The position numbers and the translations under genes are program-made. Positions 55,719 through 64,000 of a stretch of DNA of 64,000 nucleotides are shown piece after piece. The stretch is taken from assembly GCA_963733375.1 (NCBI GenBank), contig CAVTDB010000020.1, positions 2,467 to 66,466 on the forward strand, written 5' to 3'. The DNA is from Nitrospirota bacterium. GTDB taxonomy: Bacteria; Nitrospirota; JACRHJ01. The notes under the pieces were generated by a model. It made no database searches and was not told the DNA's origin. It saw nothing but the letters and a program-made list of their open reading frames with translations. Position 1 is the first letter of the stretch. Each line of letters starts with the position of its first letter.

Positions 55719-56162
55719 ATGGTAATCTCGCACATCCTGCACCCTACGGATTTCTCGGAAGGAGCGGGCGCTGCCTTAGATTATGCCAAGTCGCTCGCGA
55801 AACAGTATAACGCATCTCTGACGCTCTTGTACGTGATGAACGACATGAGACAGGGAGAAGGCTGGTACGTCCCCCATATCTCCCTGGACAATTTCTTTGC
55901 CGAGATGGAGTCCGAGGCAAAGAAGAAGCTCGAGCATTACGTCTATGAAGAACTTCAGGACATAAAAAACGTAAATTCCGTGGTGACGGCAGGCGAGCCG
56001 GACGAGGAGATAGTGGACTACGCGAAGAAGAACGGCGTGGACTTAATCGTCATGGGGAGTTACAGCAAAAGCGGGATGGATTTCCTATTCGGCTCCACGG
56101 CGAGGAAGGTCCTGAAAAAGGCGGATTGCCCCATACTCTGCGTTAAAGTGCCTGCGGGGTGA
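55719..56162 (+). CDS. universal stress protein (UspA family)
   Basis: 147 aa. ILHPTDFSEGA...LIVMGSYSKSGMDFLFGSTARKVLKKADCPILCV. Confidence 0.9.
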   Translation: MVISHILHPTDFSEGAGAALDYAKSLAKQYNASLTLLYVMNDMRQGEGWYVPHISLDNFFAEMESEAKKKLEHYVYEELQDIKNVNSVVTAGEPDEEIVDYAKKNGVDLIVMGSYSKSGMDFLFGSTARKVLKKADCPILCVKVPAG

Positions 56163-56194
56163 AGCCTTCTAGGCAATTAAAATGAGGAGGGACC

Positions 56195-56458
56195 ATGAAG
56201 CAAGGCGTTATGGGGAAACACACACTGACAGGCGGATTCAGGGAGGAAAGACCTAAAAACATAAAAGGAGAGCTTGCGCCGGAGCGTAAGAGCATCAAGG
56301 AGCATGTGACGAACCTTCTGAGCGAGACCGCCCGGACGATTTTAAATGCGCGGGCCATCCAGTTCCAGCGTCAGCTCCAGAAGTCGCACAGGCTTGGGAA
56401 CTGGCTTGGGAAGTTCCACCCTTCAAAAAGCAAAAAAGGGATAAAAAGAAGCGAATAA
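56195..56458 (+). CDS. small basic hypothetical protein
   Basis: 87-aa ORF followed immediately by a strong terminator. No motif recognised, so coding status is uncertain. Confidence 0.4.
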   Translation: MKQGVMGKHTLTGGFREERPKNIKGELAPERKSIKEHVTNLLSETARTILNARAIQFQRQLQKSHRLGNWLGKFHPSKSKKGIKRSE

Positions 56459-56463
56459 AAGTT

Positions 56464-56492
56464 AAAACCCTCCTGTTTCGGGAGGGTTTTTT
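56464..56492 (+). terminator. intrinsic terminator
   Basis: AAAACCCTCC-tgtttcg-GGAGGGTTTT plus additional Ts. Confidence 0.75.
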
Positions 56493-56561
56493 AATTCCTG
56501 TACTTAATGTAATACCTGCTGACTTCTGCCCCCTGGCCCCCTACTCCCGTTTTTTTGGAGT

Positions 56562-56591
56562 TTGACCTTGACAATGGGCTCCCGATATAAT
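56562..56591 (+). promoter_or_regulatory. candidate promoter of tRNA-Glu
   Basis: TTGACC (56562-56567), an 18-nt spacer, then TATAAT (56586-56591). Lies about 20 nt upstream of the tRNA. Confidence 0.45.
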
Positions 56592-56612
56592 AAATTATGC
56601 GTCTTGCCGCAT

Positions 56613-56688
56613 GGTCCCTTCGTCTAGCGGTCTAGGACGACGGCCTCTCACGCCGTTAACATGGGTTCGAGTCCCATAGGGATCACCA
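56613..56688 (+). tRNA. tRNA-Glu (CTC)
   Basis: Hand-folded cloverleaf. Acceptor stem GGTCCCT/AGGGATC (one G-U pair). Anticodon stem ACGGC/GCCGT with loop CTCTCAC. T-arm ATGGG-TTCGAGT-CCCAT. Encoded CCA. Confidence 0.88.
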
Positions 56689-56805
56689 AATACTTTCTAC
56701 AATCCTTTGAACATCCAGTAGTTTCTTCTCATTTTATAAAACAGTGTCGTCCAAATATTGCCTATCACTTTGCCAGTCTATCAAGTGATGCATAGCCTGA
56801 GCATT

Positions 56806-58051
56806 TCATAAACCCGCCTCGTCTCCATCCGGGGAAGAAAATACTGGAAGAGAAGGCCCGAAATCGGGCAGAAATGCTGCGAGGAGACCGAGCAGCGGGA
56901 GGAAGGAACATACCCGGTAGACATATTCGATCCCGTACAAGTCTGCCACTTTGCCGAGAACCGCCGCACCCATGCCGCCTATGCCGAACGCGATCCCGAA
57001 GAAGAGTCCGGAAACCATCCCAACCTTGCCTGGGAGGAGTTCCTGCGCATAGACCAAAATCGCTGAAAAAGCCGACGATAATATGAGGCCGATGATTATG
57101 GTCAAAACCCCCGTCCAGGCCAGACTCACATAAGGCAATATCATGGTAAAAGGCGCGGCTCCAAGGATTGAGACCCAGATTACTCGCTTGCGGCCGATGC
57201 GGTCACCCACGGGGCCGCCCAGAACGGTTCCCAACGCTACGGCGAACAGGAACATGAAAAGGTGAACATCCGCAGATTTCATCGAAAGATGGAATTTTTG
57301 CATCAAGTAGAAAGTGAAATAGCTGTTCATGCTGGAAAGATAAACAAACTTCGACAACATCAATATCAAAAGAATAATCATCGGAAACGCCACCGCGTGG
57401 GACGGGCGGTTGGAGGCGACTTTGGAGGCCGTCTTTATCGACTGCATATGCCGGCGCTTGTACCAGCGTCCCACCCGCAACAACACTATCAAGGCCGCCG
57501 CGGCCGCAAATGAAAACCAGACCAGACTGCCTCGACCCATTGGAAGGATAATACAGGCAGCCAGCAACGGTCCCACGGCTGTGCCCGCATTTCCACCGAC
57601 CTGAAAAATTGATTGGGCCAGCCCGAAGCGTCCCCCGGATGCCATTCGCGCCACCCTGGAGGATTCCGGGTGGAAGATTGAGGAACCCGCACCTACCAGG
57701 GCCGCGCCCACGAGCAGTATGCTGTAAGTGGGCGCCAAGGCAAGCACAAAAAGCCCCATCAGGGTCGAACCCATTCCGATGGAAAGAAAATAGGGCATCG
57801 GGTGACGGTCCGTGTAAAGCCCGACAAAGGGTTGCAACATCGAGGCCGTGATCTGATACGTTAACGTTATCAGTCCGATTTGTGCAAAGCTGAGGTGAAA
57901 GGTAGCCTTTCAGCAGCGGATAGATCGCAAGGATCAGAGACTGGAGCATATCGTTCAGAAAGTGCGATACGCTGATCGCGCCCAACATCCCGAAGACGGT
58001 TCCTTCAGAGTGCGAAGATGTTGCGGTGAAACCTTTGTTTTTATTGTCCAT
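56806..58051 (-). CDS. MFS transporter (Fsr-like), one frame break near 57890
   Basis: Start MDNKNKGFTA...GAISVSHFLNDMLQSLILAIYPLLKG. Continues as LQPFVGLYTDRHPMPYFLSIGMG... with about 12 TM segments. Confidence 0.8.
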
Positions 58052-58147
58052 GTTAATTTGTAACACCCATATTTTAACGCTTATGAAGTTCTCATGTCCA
58101 TAAAAATGAACTCGCAAAAGTCATTTTCAGAAATCCGCCGAAAGGGT

Positions 58148-60298
58148 TTAATGCGGCAGGTCCTTTTTATTTCCCTTCATCGAGAGCGATATCCGGTTCC
58201 TCTTCACGTCCACTTCAAGCACCGTCACCGTTACCCTCTGCCCTACTTTTACCACGTCCGCCGGGTTCTTGACGAACCTGTCGGCAAGCTGGCTTATATG
58301 CACGAGGCCGTCCTGGTGCACGCCTATATCGACAAAAGCGCCGAACGCGGTAATGTTCGTCACCACGCCGGGAAGCCTCATGCCGGTCTCTACATCGGTT
58401 ATCTTCTCGATCCCTTCCGCAAAACTGACGGACTCAAACTGCCGGCGCGGGTCGCGCCCCGGCTTTGCAAGCTCGTCAATTATATCTTTCAGTGTCGGGA
58501 TGCCTGTCTTGTCGCTGACGTACTTCTTGATGTCGATTTTCTTCCGAAGCTCCGCGTCCCTCATAAGGTCGGCGACCGTGGAATCCAGGTCCCTGGCCAT
58601 CGCCTCCACCACCGGGTAGCTCTCCGGGTGCACGGCGCTGCCGTCGAGAGGGTTCCCCGCATCCCTTATCCGGAGGAACCCGGCCGCCTGCTCGAAGGCC
58701 TTCGGGCCCAGGCGCGGAACGCTTTTAAGTTGTTCGCGTAACTGGAACGGGCCGTTTTCGTTCCTGTAATCCACAATGTTCTGCGCAAGCTGCGGGCCAA
58801 GTCCGGACACGTAGGTGAGAAGCTCCGGGCTTGCCGTATTCGCCTCTACGCCGACCGCGTTCACGCAGCTCATTACGACATCGTCAAGGCTCTTCTTAAG
58901 GGCGTTCTGGTCCACGTCGTGCTGGTACTGGCCTACGCCGATAGATTTCGGGTCTATCTTGACCAGTTCCGCGAGCGGGTCCATAAGCCGCCTTCCTATG
59001 GATACGGCGCCCCGCACGGTGATGTCGTGGTCCGGGAATTCCCGGCGCGCGGTCTCCGAGGCCGAGTATATGGACGCGCCGCTCTCGTTGACCATGACTA
59101 TCTTTATAGAGCCTGGCAGTCCGAGCCCGCGCAGGAAGGTCTCCGTCTCGCGCCCCGCGGTCCCGTTGCCGACAGCTATCACCTCTATATTGAATTTTTC
59201 GCAAAGCGCGCGTACCTTCGCCGCGGATTCGTCCTTGGCCCTCTCGGACATTGTCGGGTAGATAACGTCGTGATGCAGAAGCTGACCCTGCCTGTCGAGA
59301 CATACTACCTTGCAGCCCGTGCGGAAGCCCGGGTCTATCGCCAGGACGTTCTTCTGCCCGAGAGGCGGGGACAGAAGGAGCTGGCGCAGGTTTTCGGCAA
59401 AGACCGCTATCGCCTCCGCCTCCGCCTTTTTCTTTGCCTGAAGACGCGTTTCCGTCTCCATGGAGAGGGACAACAGCCGCTTATAACTGTCCTGCACGGC
59501 AAGCCGCACCTGTTCCGAATCCGCGCCGCTCCCTTTCACGAAAAGCCCTTCCAGGATGGACACCGCCTCCTCTTCCGGCGGGGCTATCTGCAGGGCAAGG
59601 AAGCTTTCGTTCTCGCCGCGTCTCATCGCGAGTACCCGGTGCGAAGGGGCGGAAGATACCGGCTCTTCCCAATCGAAGTAATCCCGGTATTTTGCGCCCT
59701 CGTCCTCCTTGCCCTTAAGCACCTTTGAGCGAAGCAGTCCCTTCGAGTTAAAAAGTGCGCGCATCCTCTCGCGTGCCGCATGGTCCTCGCTTACCATCTC
59801 CGCGATAATATCCCTCGCCCCGGCAAGCGCCTCGTCGGCACTACTGACGCCCTTATCGGGGTCTATAAAAGAAGCGGCCAGGGCCAGCGGCTCCACTCCA
59901 TCCTGCGCAAGGATACGCTCCGCCAGGGGGAGAAGACCCTTCTCCTTTGCCATCGTGGCCCGGGTACGCCGCTTCGGCCTGTAAGGCAGGTATATGTCCT
60001 CCAGCGCGCGGTAGCCCTCCGCGGCATTGACTGCGGCCTTCAGCTCGTCGGTCAGGACTCCCTGTTCCTCCAGGGATTTAAATATCGCGGCGCGCCGTTT
60101 GTCGAGTTCGGCAAGCTGGGCCAGCCTGTCCCTGATTCCGGCAATGGCGACCTCGTCAAGCGAGCCTGTAGCCTCTTTCCTGTATCTTGCTATGAACGGG
60201 ACGGTAGCCCCTTCTTCAATCAGCGCGGCGGCGGCCTGGACCTGACGAAAGCCAAGACTTAGCTCGGCCGCAATATGTTCGACATATTTATTTTCCAA
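58148..60298 (-). CDS. tex: Tex-like transcription accessory protein (S1 RNA-binding domain)
   Basis: Intact 716 aa. N-terminal HTH region (ELSLGFRQVQAAAALIEEGATVPFIARYRKE), a YqgF-like domain, HhH motifs and a C-terminal S1 domain (GVVTNITAFGAFVDIG). Confidence 0.95.
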   Translation of the reverse strand: MENKYVEHIAAELSLGFRQVQAAAALIEEGATVPFIARYRKEATGSLDEVAIAGIRDRLAQLAELDKRRAAIFKSLEEQGVLTDELKAAVNAAEGYRALEDIYLPYRPKRRTRATMAKEKGLLPLAERILAQDGVEPLALAASFIDPDKGVSSADEALAGARDIIAEMVSEDHAARERMRALFNSKGLLRSKVLKGKEDEGAKYRDYFDWEEPVSSAPSHRVLAMRRGENESFLALQIAPPEEEAVSILEGLFVKGSGADSEQVRLAVQDSYKRLLSLSMETETRLQAKKKAEAEAIAVFAENLRQLLLSPPLGQKNVLAIDPGFRTGCKVVCLDRQGQLLHHDVIYPTMSERAKDESAAKVRALCEKFNIEVIAVGNGTAGRETETFLRGLGLPGSIKIVMVNESGASIYSASETARREFPDHDITVRGAVSIGRRLMDPLAELVKIDPKSIGVGQYQHDVDQNALKKSLDDVVMSCVNAVGVEANTASPELLTYVSGLGPQLAQNIVDYRNENGPFQLREQLKSVPRLGPKAFEQAAGFLRIRDAGNPLDGSAVHPESYPVVEAMARDLDSTVADLMRDAELRKKIDIKKYVSDKTGIPTLKDIIDELAKPGRDPRRQFESVSFAEGIEKITDVETGMRLPGVVTNITAFGAFVDIGVHQDGLVHISQLADRFVKNPADVVKVGQRVTVTVLEVDVKRNRISLSMKGNKKDLPH

Positions 60299-60428
60299 AA
60301 TATCTCCTTGGGTAAGACTATAGGAAAAAGAAGGAGATTATACAGTAAATTTAATAGAATTCATGAGAAAAGAGTAAGGCGTGTTCACAAAGGTTGTCGA
60401 GTCAAGCAAAGATGGCCTTCGCTTGATT

Positions 60429-61781
60429 TTACGCGCATGCGCCCTTCTTGACCGCACACGAAAAGTAATCGTTAATTTCTTTGAAAATTTCTCTAAGCCT
60501 GATAAGAGGCACTTCGCAGTAGCTCCGGTCGGCATCGGTAAAGTGGATGCCGCCGAGCTTCGTATTCGGGGTAAGCTTTCCCTCCTTAAGCAGCATGTCA
60601 TAGAGGTCGCTCCCCGGCAGCGGGACGAAAATACTGAATGAATACCTGTCCAGGTCAAGCTCCTTCGCAAGCCTGAACGTGTCGGATATGTCCTTCTCGG
60701 TCTCGCCCGGTACGCCTATCATAAAGAAGCCGGATACCTTGACGTAACGCTTCGCGGTCTCTACCGCATTCCTTATCTGTTCTACCGTTATTCTTTTATT
60801 CAGCGCGTCGAGCGTTTTCTGGGAGCCGGACTCGATTCCCAGGTCCACCTGCACCAGCCCGGCGTCCTTCATAAGACCCAGCATCTCCCCGTCAACCAGG
60901 TCCACGCGGGTATTCATCTGCCATTTCATATCGAGGCCGCGCGCAAGAAGTCCTTTGCAGAACTTCTTCACCCAGTCGCGCTTCAGGTCGAATATGCTGT
61001 CTTTGAACCAGATGCCGTCTATTTTAAATTTCTCCTTCAGGGCCTGCATCTCGTCGATAGCGGCCGCCGGTTCCTTTATCCGGTATTTCCTGCCCATCGC
61101 GCCTTCGACCGCGCAGAAGGCGCAGTGGTACGGGCAGCCCCTGGATACGAGCATCGAAAGGCCGCTGATGCCCCTGAGCCTGCGGTTGTATTCGATGTAC
61201 CGCTCTGCCGGGAAGGACCCGTAATCCGCCATCGGGAGCTCGTCAAGCGGGTCAATACCCTTCGCCTTTGCCTTGATGACGGGCCTTTCGTCCTTCAGAT
61301 AACAGAGCCCGTCGATATCTGCCGGCGGCTTGCCCTGGACAAGCTCCAGCATCGGCCTTTCGCCCTCCCCCCGGATTACGTAATCTACCGGCGCTTCCTC
61401 AAAGACCGGCTCCGGCATGATGGTCGGATGCACGCCGCCCATCACGATCTTCGCCTGCGGCAGGACCTCCCTTACGAACTTGGCGAGCCTGAGCGCGGAC
61501 GGGTATGTGGGCGTCATGGCGGTAATGCCGACAAGGTCCGGCCTGTCTTTTTTCAGCCTGGCCCGAAGCTCTCCATCCGTCATGTCGAGCGCCTGAAGGT
61601 CTATAAGCCCGGCCTGCTCCCCGTGCTTCTTCAGGTACGCGACGAGGTTCGCAAGCCCCAGTGGCGGCTCGAACGGGTGGACGTACATATTCCCCGTCTC
61701 AATCCAATCCCTGTATCTGACGTACCGCCCCTTCATCTCGTCCGGGGACAGATACTGGGGGTTTAAGAGCAGGACCTTCAT
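60429..61781 (-). CDS. B12-binding-domain radical SAM protein (class B)
   Basis: 450 aa. N-terminal cobalamin-binding Rossmann part (DLVGITAMTPTYPSALRLAKF...IVMGGVHPT). Canonical CxxxCxxC (SRGCPYHCAFC). ATGA-coupled to the upstream methyltransferase gene. Confidence 0.9.
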   Translation of the reverse strand: MKVLLLNPQYLSPDEMKGRYVRYRDWIETGNMYVHPFEPPLGLANLVAYLKKHGEQAGLIDLQALDMTDGELRARLKKDRPDLVGITAMTPTYPSALRLAKFVREVLPQAKIVMGGVHPTIMPEPVFEEAPVDYVIRGEGERPMLELVQGKPPADIDGLCYLKDERPVIKAKAKGIDPLDELPMADYGSFPAERYIEYNRRLRGISGLSMLVSRGCPYHCAFCAVEGAMGRKYRIKEPAAAIDEMQALKEKFKIDGIWFKDSIFDLKRDWVKKFCKGLLARGLDMKWQMNTRVDLVDGEMLGLMKDAGLVQVDLGIESGSQKTLDALNKRITVEQIRNAVETAKRYVKVSGFFMIGVPGETEKDISDTFRLAKELDLDRYSFSIFVPLPGSDLYDMLLKEGKLTPNTKLGGIHFTDADRSYCEVPLIRLREIFKEINDYFSCAVKKGACA

Positions 61782-62446
61782 AGCTTTCTCCCGAGGAATA
61801 CATGAAACATATTCCTTAAATTTTCGTAGCCCACGGTGTATTCCGTGTGCTCAAGCTCCGTCTCGTAGAACTGGAGGGTTTCCATGCCTTCGCTTAAAAG
61901 CTGCCTTGCTTCTTCGGCGCTGAAGAAATGATAGATGAGCCCTTCAAGAGAGCCGCCGCCCATTACGAAGGTATTGGGCTCTATCTCGGTGCCGGTCTGC
62001 CTGCCGATTTCGTAGAGAGTGTTGGCCGTCGAGCGGAGGCTGCAATAAAAAAAACCACCCGGTTTCAGTATCCGTTTTATCTCCGAGATGGTCTGCAAAA
62101 TGGCGCCCCGGCGCGCTAAATGAACGACACGCCAGGAAATTATGACATCAAAAGCGTTTGTTTTGAACGGCAGGCAAGCCATGTCCGCCCTCAGCAGACA
62201 CCCTTTCCTTGGCGACGCCAGCTGTGCGCTTTTGACCGCCTTCTTCGAGATATCTATCCCGACTATCCGGAAGCCGTGCGTCCCGAGATGCCGGAAATGC
62301 CTGCCCAGGCCGCAGCCTAAGTCGAGCACGCGGTCTACCCCCGCCGCCTTGAAGAACGGCACAAGTTCCGTGACGTGGCTGTCGGGAGTTTCGAGCTTGT
62401 ACCCGCAGCCCAGCACGTCGTCCCATGTCTTGCCGTTAGCGGACAT
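61778..62446 (-). CDS. class I SAM-dependent methyltransferase
   Basis: Start MSANGKTWDD at 62446. Motif I VLDLGCGLGRH. 222 aa. Overlaps the upstream gene by 11 nt. Confidence 0.85.
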   Translation of the reverse strand: MSANGKTWDDVLGCGYKLETPDSHVTELVPFFKAAGVDRVLDLGCGLGRHFRHLGTHGFRIVGIDISKKAVKSAQLASPRKGCLLRADMACLPFKTNAFDVIISWRVVHLARRGAILQTISEIKRILKPGGFFYCSLRSTANTLYEIGRQTGTEIEPNTFVMGGGSLEGLIYHFFSAEEARQLLSEGMETLQFYETELEHTEYTVGYENLRNMFHVFLGRKL

Positions 62447-63557
62447 CCGCAAGCACTTCCTCCCCGGCCGAACAGCAGTTGCACTTGGCGCAGCCGGAGA
62501 CCGACTTCGCCGGGTCGAGCCCGTATTCAATTAATATTTCCCGCAGCTCTTCAAAAACCGCATAAAGCCAGTCCGCCTCGGGCGGCTTCCTGTTCTGAAG
62601 CTCCGATCCCATAAGCGGCCTGAATACGGTAATGAACGGTAACGCGCCGGCTTTCGCTACGGCCCGCGCCCCGGCCATCAGCGACTCCTTCGGCTCCAGC
62701 CCCGCTATAAGCCACGAGGACACCTGGTTCTTGCCGAAAATAGAAGCCGCATACGACAGGGCGTCAAGGTAGCGGCTGACGGGTATCTTCGCCTTGCCGG
62801 GACACATTTCGGACCGTATCTTTTCGTCAAAGATTTCGATATTAAAACTGATAGTATTCAGCCCGGCCTCTTTCAGCTTCTTTATGTAGGAAAAATCCTC
62901 GGGAGGGCAGAGCTGGGCATAGATCGAAATGTCGCTGACTTTCCTTACCTCGCGTATCGCCTCCTCATACATCTCCGCGCCGCAGTCTTCTCCGTACACC
63001 GTGCCTGCGTTTATATTCAGCTCCGTGTATTTCTCGCCCTTCTCTTCCAGGGCCTTCACTACCGCCGCGATGTTCGCAAACGACTTCGTCCGCTCGTTAG
63101 GGTCCGGAGTGAGGGCGCAGAAACGGCAGCCCTCCTCGTCGAGCTTGAAACGGCATATCCCGGTGAGCGCGGTCGCCAGGATGTTCTTGCCGTGGAGCTG
63201 CACCATCGAGTTATATGGGGTCCCGTCCGGCAGCTTCTCGGAGTACCACCAGGGGTCCTCGATAAGCCTCGCCGCGATTACCGGCTGGCCGTCTTTTTGG
63301 ATGACCTTCTTTTCGTGGTCGTAATAGTACGGGGAGTCTTTTACGAAATCCTCGTACACCGCCAGATTTATCGAATAGTCCTTCCCGTCCCTTGTCAGCT
63401 CAAAACACCTGCCCTCGGAGAGGGACGCACGCTTGTGGACGTACCGCGGCAGACCCGCTTTCACGAGGTCGGGATCGAGCCTTATGCCGTTCGACATCAG
63501 GCTCAGTTTCAGCCATGTGATACTGTTTTGCTTCTGCGGTGTAAGCAGCATTTTCAT
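62436..63557 (-). CDS. radical-SAM-like enzyme with a non-canonical CX8CX2C cluster motif and a C-terminal CxxCxCC
   Basis: Start MKMLLTPQ at 63557 (ATGA overlap with the upstream stop). C135-x8-C144-x2-C147 (GICRFKLDEEGCRFCAL, nt 63117-63155). TIM-barrel-like strand pattern (TELNINAGT, IYAQLCPP, NTISFNIEIFD). C-terminal SGCAKCNCCS. Confidence 0.65.
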   Translation of the reverse strand: MKMLLTPQKQNSITWLKLSLMSNGIRLDPDLVKAGLPRYVHKRASLSEGRCFELTRDGKDYSINLAVYEDFVKDSPYYYDHEKKVIQKDGQPVIAARLIEDPWWYSEKLPDGTPYNSMVQLHGKNILATALTGICRFKLDEEGCRFCALTPDPNERTKSFANIAAVVKALEEKGEKYTELNINAGTVYGEDCGAEMYEEAIREVRKVSDISIYAQLCPPEDFSYIKKLKEAGLNTISFNIEIFDEKIRSEMCPGKAKIPVSRYLDALSYAASIFGKNQVSSWLIAGLEPKESLMAGARAVAKAGALPFITVFRPLMGSELQNRKPPEADWLYAVFEELREILIEYGLDPAKSVSGCAKCNCCSAGEEVLADVR

Positions 63558-63865
63558 CTCTCGAATGTGAAGGTCATGTCCTTGGCGACGTTGAACCCCG
63601 CCTCTACCTCCAGCGTCTTCAGTATGGCCGAAGGGATGGGGCAGGCCGAGTGTTTCACACGCCTTGCGGCCGCCTGGTAAACCGGGTTCTGCAGGATGGG
63701 GATAAACACGTCCATCTCTTTGAGGACGGGAATGTCTTCCGCGAGCGCTTTCACATGCTTGCACCCGGTCTCGACCGTCAAGGAATATTTCCCGGCGGCG
63801 GCTTTTTCCACCCTTATATTTATAGTATATCCGCAGCCGCCGGTATTTACAACCAGTTTAGTCAT
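63554..63865 (-). CDS. small 3-Cys/2-His protein of unknown function
   Basis: 103 aa: MTKLVVNTGGCGYTINIRVEK...TGCKHVKAL...VKHSACPIPSAILK. First complete gene of the coupled operon. Confidence 0.6.
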   Translation of the reverse strand: MTKLVVNTGGCGYTINIRVEKAAAGKYSLTVETGCKHVKALAEDIPVLKEMDVFIPILQNPVYQAAARRVKHSACPIPSAILKTLEVEAGFNVAKDMTFTFER

Positions 63866-63889
63866 GTTTGTCCTGATTTGACCATGATA

Positions 63890-64000
63890 TCAACCCTTTA
63901 TGGCTACTTCGTAGTTCGTCTTCTCAAGGAGCGCCTTCAGGTTCGGGAACGGGTCCTTCATATGCGGGATGTGCATAGCCATCATGAACTCCTTCTGGAA
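63890..64000 (-). CDS. 3' end of an unidentified gene (continues beyond the window)
   Basis: Own translation: ...FQKEFMMAMHIPHMKDPFPNLKALLEKTNYEVAIKG, with a stop at 63890-63892. Same strand as the radical-SAM operon and 24 nt upstream of it. Confidence 0.4.
   Translation of the reverse strand, partial: FQKEFMMAMHIPHMKDPFPNLKALLEKTNYEVAIKG

Overview
This is a roughly 58-60% G+C (judged by eye) chromosomal segment from a diderm bacterium. It is mostly core genes, with two compositionally foreign insertions and one uncharacterised radical-SAM operon.

Core genes, left to right:
- ispA' (partial), dxs, tlyA
- a small MerR-type HTH gene followed by pilM-N-O-P-Q
- a sigma54 NtrC-type response regulator with its histidine kinase
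- a long minus-strand block: stomatin, nfeD, surA-like, bamA, tamB, glnD, DUF1844, GH57 branching enzyme
- ferredoxin, frr, pyrH, tsf, rpsB
- a DUF1571-like exported protein, fprA, two REC-PAS/GAF regulators flanking an MBL hydrolase, ligA, a TPR protein
- tRNA-Cys, DUF748, hemerythrin, ku-ligD, a GalE-like epimerase, an RRM RNA-binding protein, a macro-domain protein, usp
- tRNA-Glu, an MFS transporter, tex

Regions worth a second look:
1. A 1.1-kb, strongly AT-rich two-gene cassette (2181-3255) sits exactly between dxs and tlyA. Its second protein carries an HEPN-like Rx4H motif. I read it as a candidate toxin or abortive-infection module.
2. A 7.6-kb island (about 10795-18401) lies between the pilQ terminator and the regulator stop codon. 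It holds an OLD-family Toprim-only relic, an internally deleted IS256 copy with a target-site duplication, a Dam methylase relic, a Mu-like A/B transposition module with phased palindromic repeats, and a chimeric sigma54 activator.
3. A translationally coupled minus-strand operon (60429-64000) runs off the right edge. It encodes a small 3-Cys protein, a radical-SAM-like enzyme with a CX8CX2C motif, a SAM methyltransferase and a B12-binding radical SAM enzyme.

Caveat: about twenty genes, including essential ones (bamA, frr, glnD), are split by frame breaks. Three of the four breaks I localised by hand fall inside homopolymer runs. I therefore treat most splits as assembly indel errors, not pseudogenes, and I report whole-gene spans.

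I found no CRISPR array and no rRNA.
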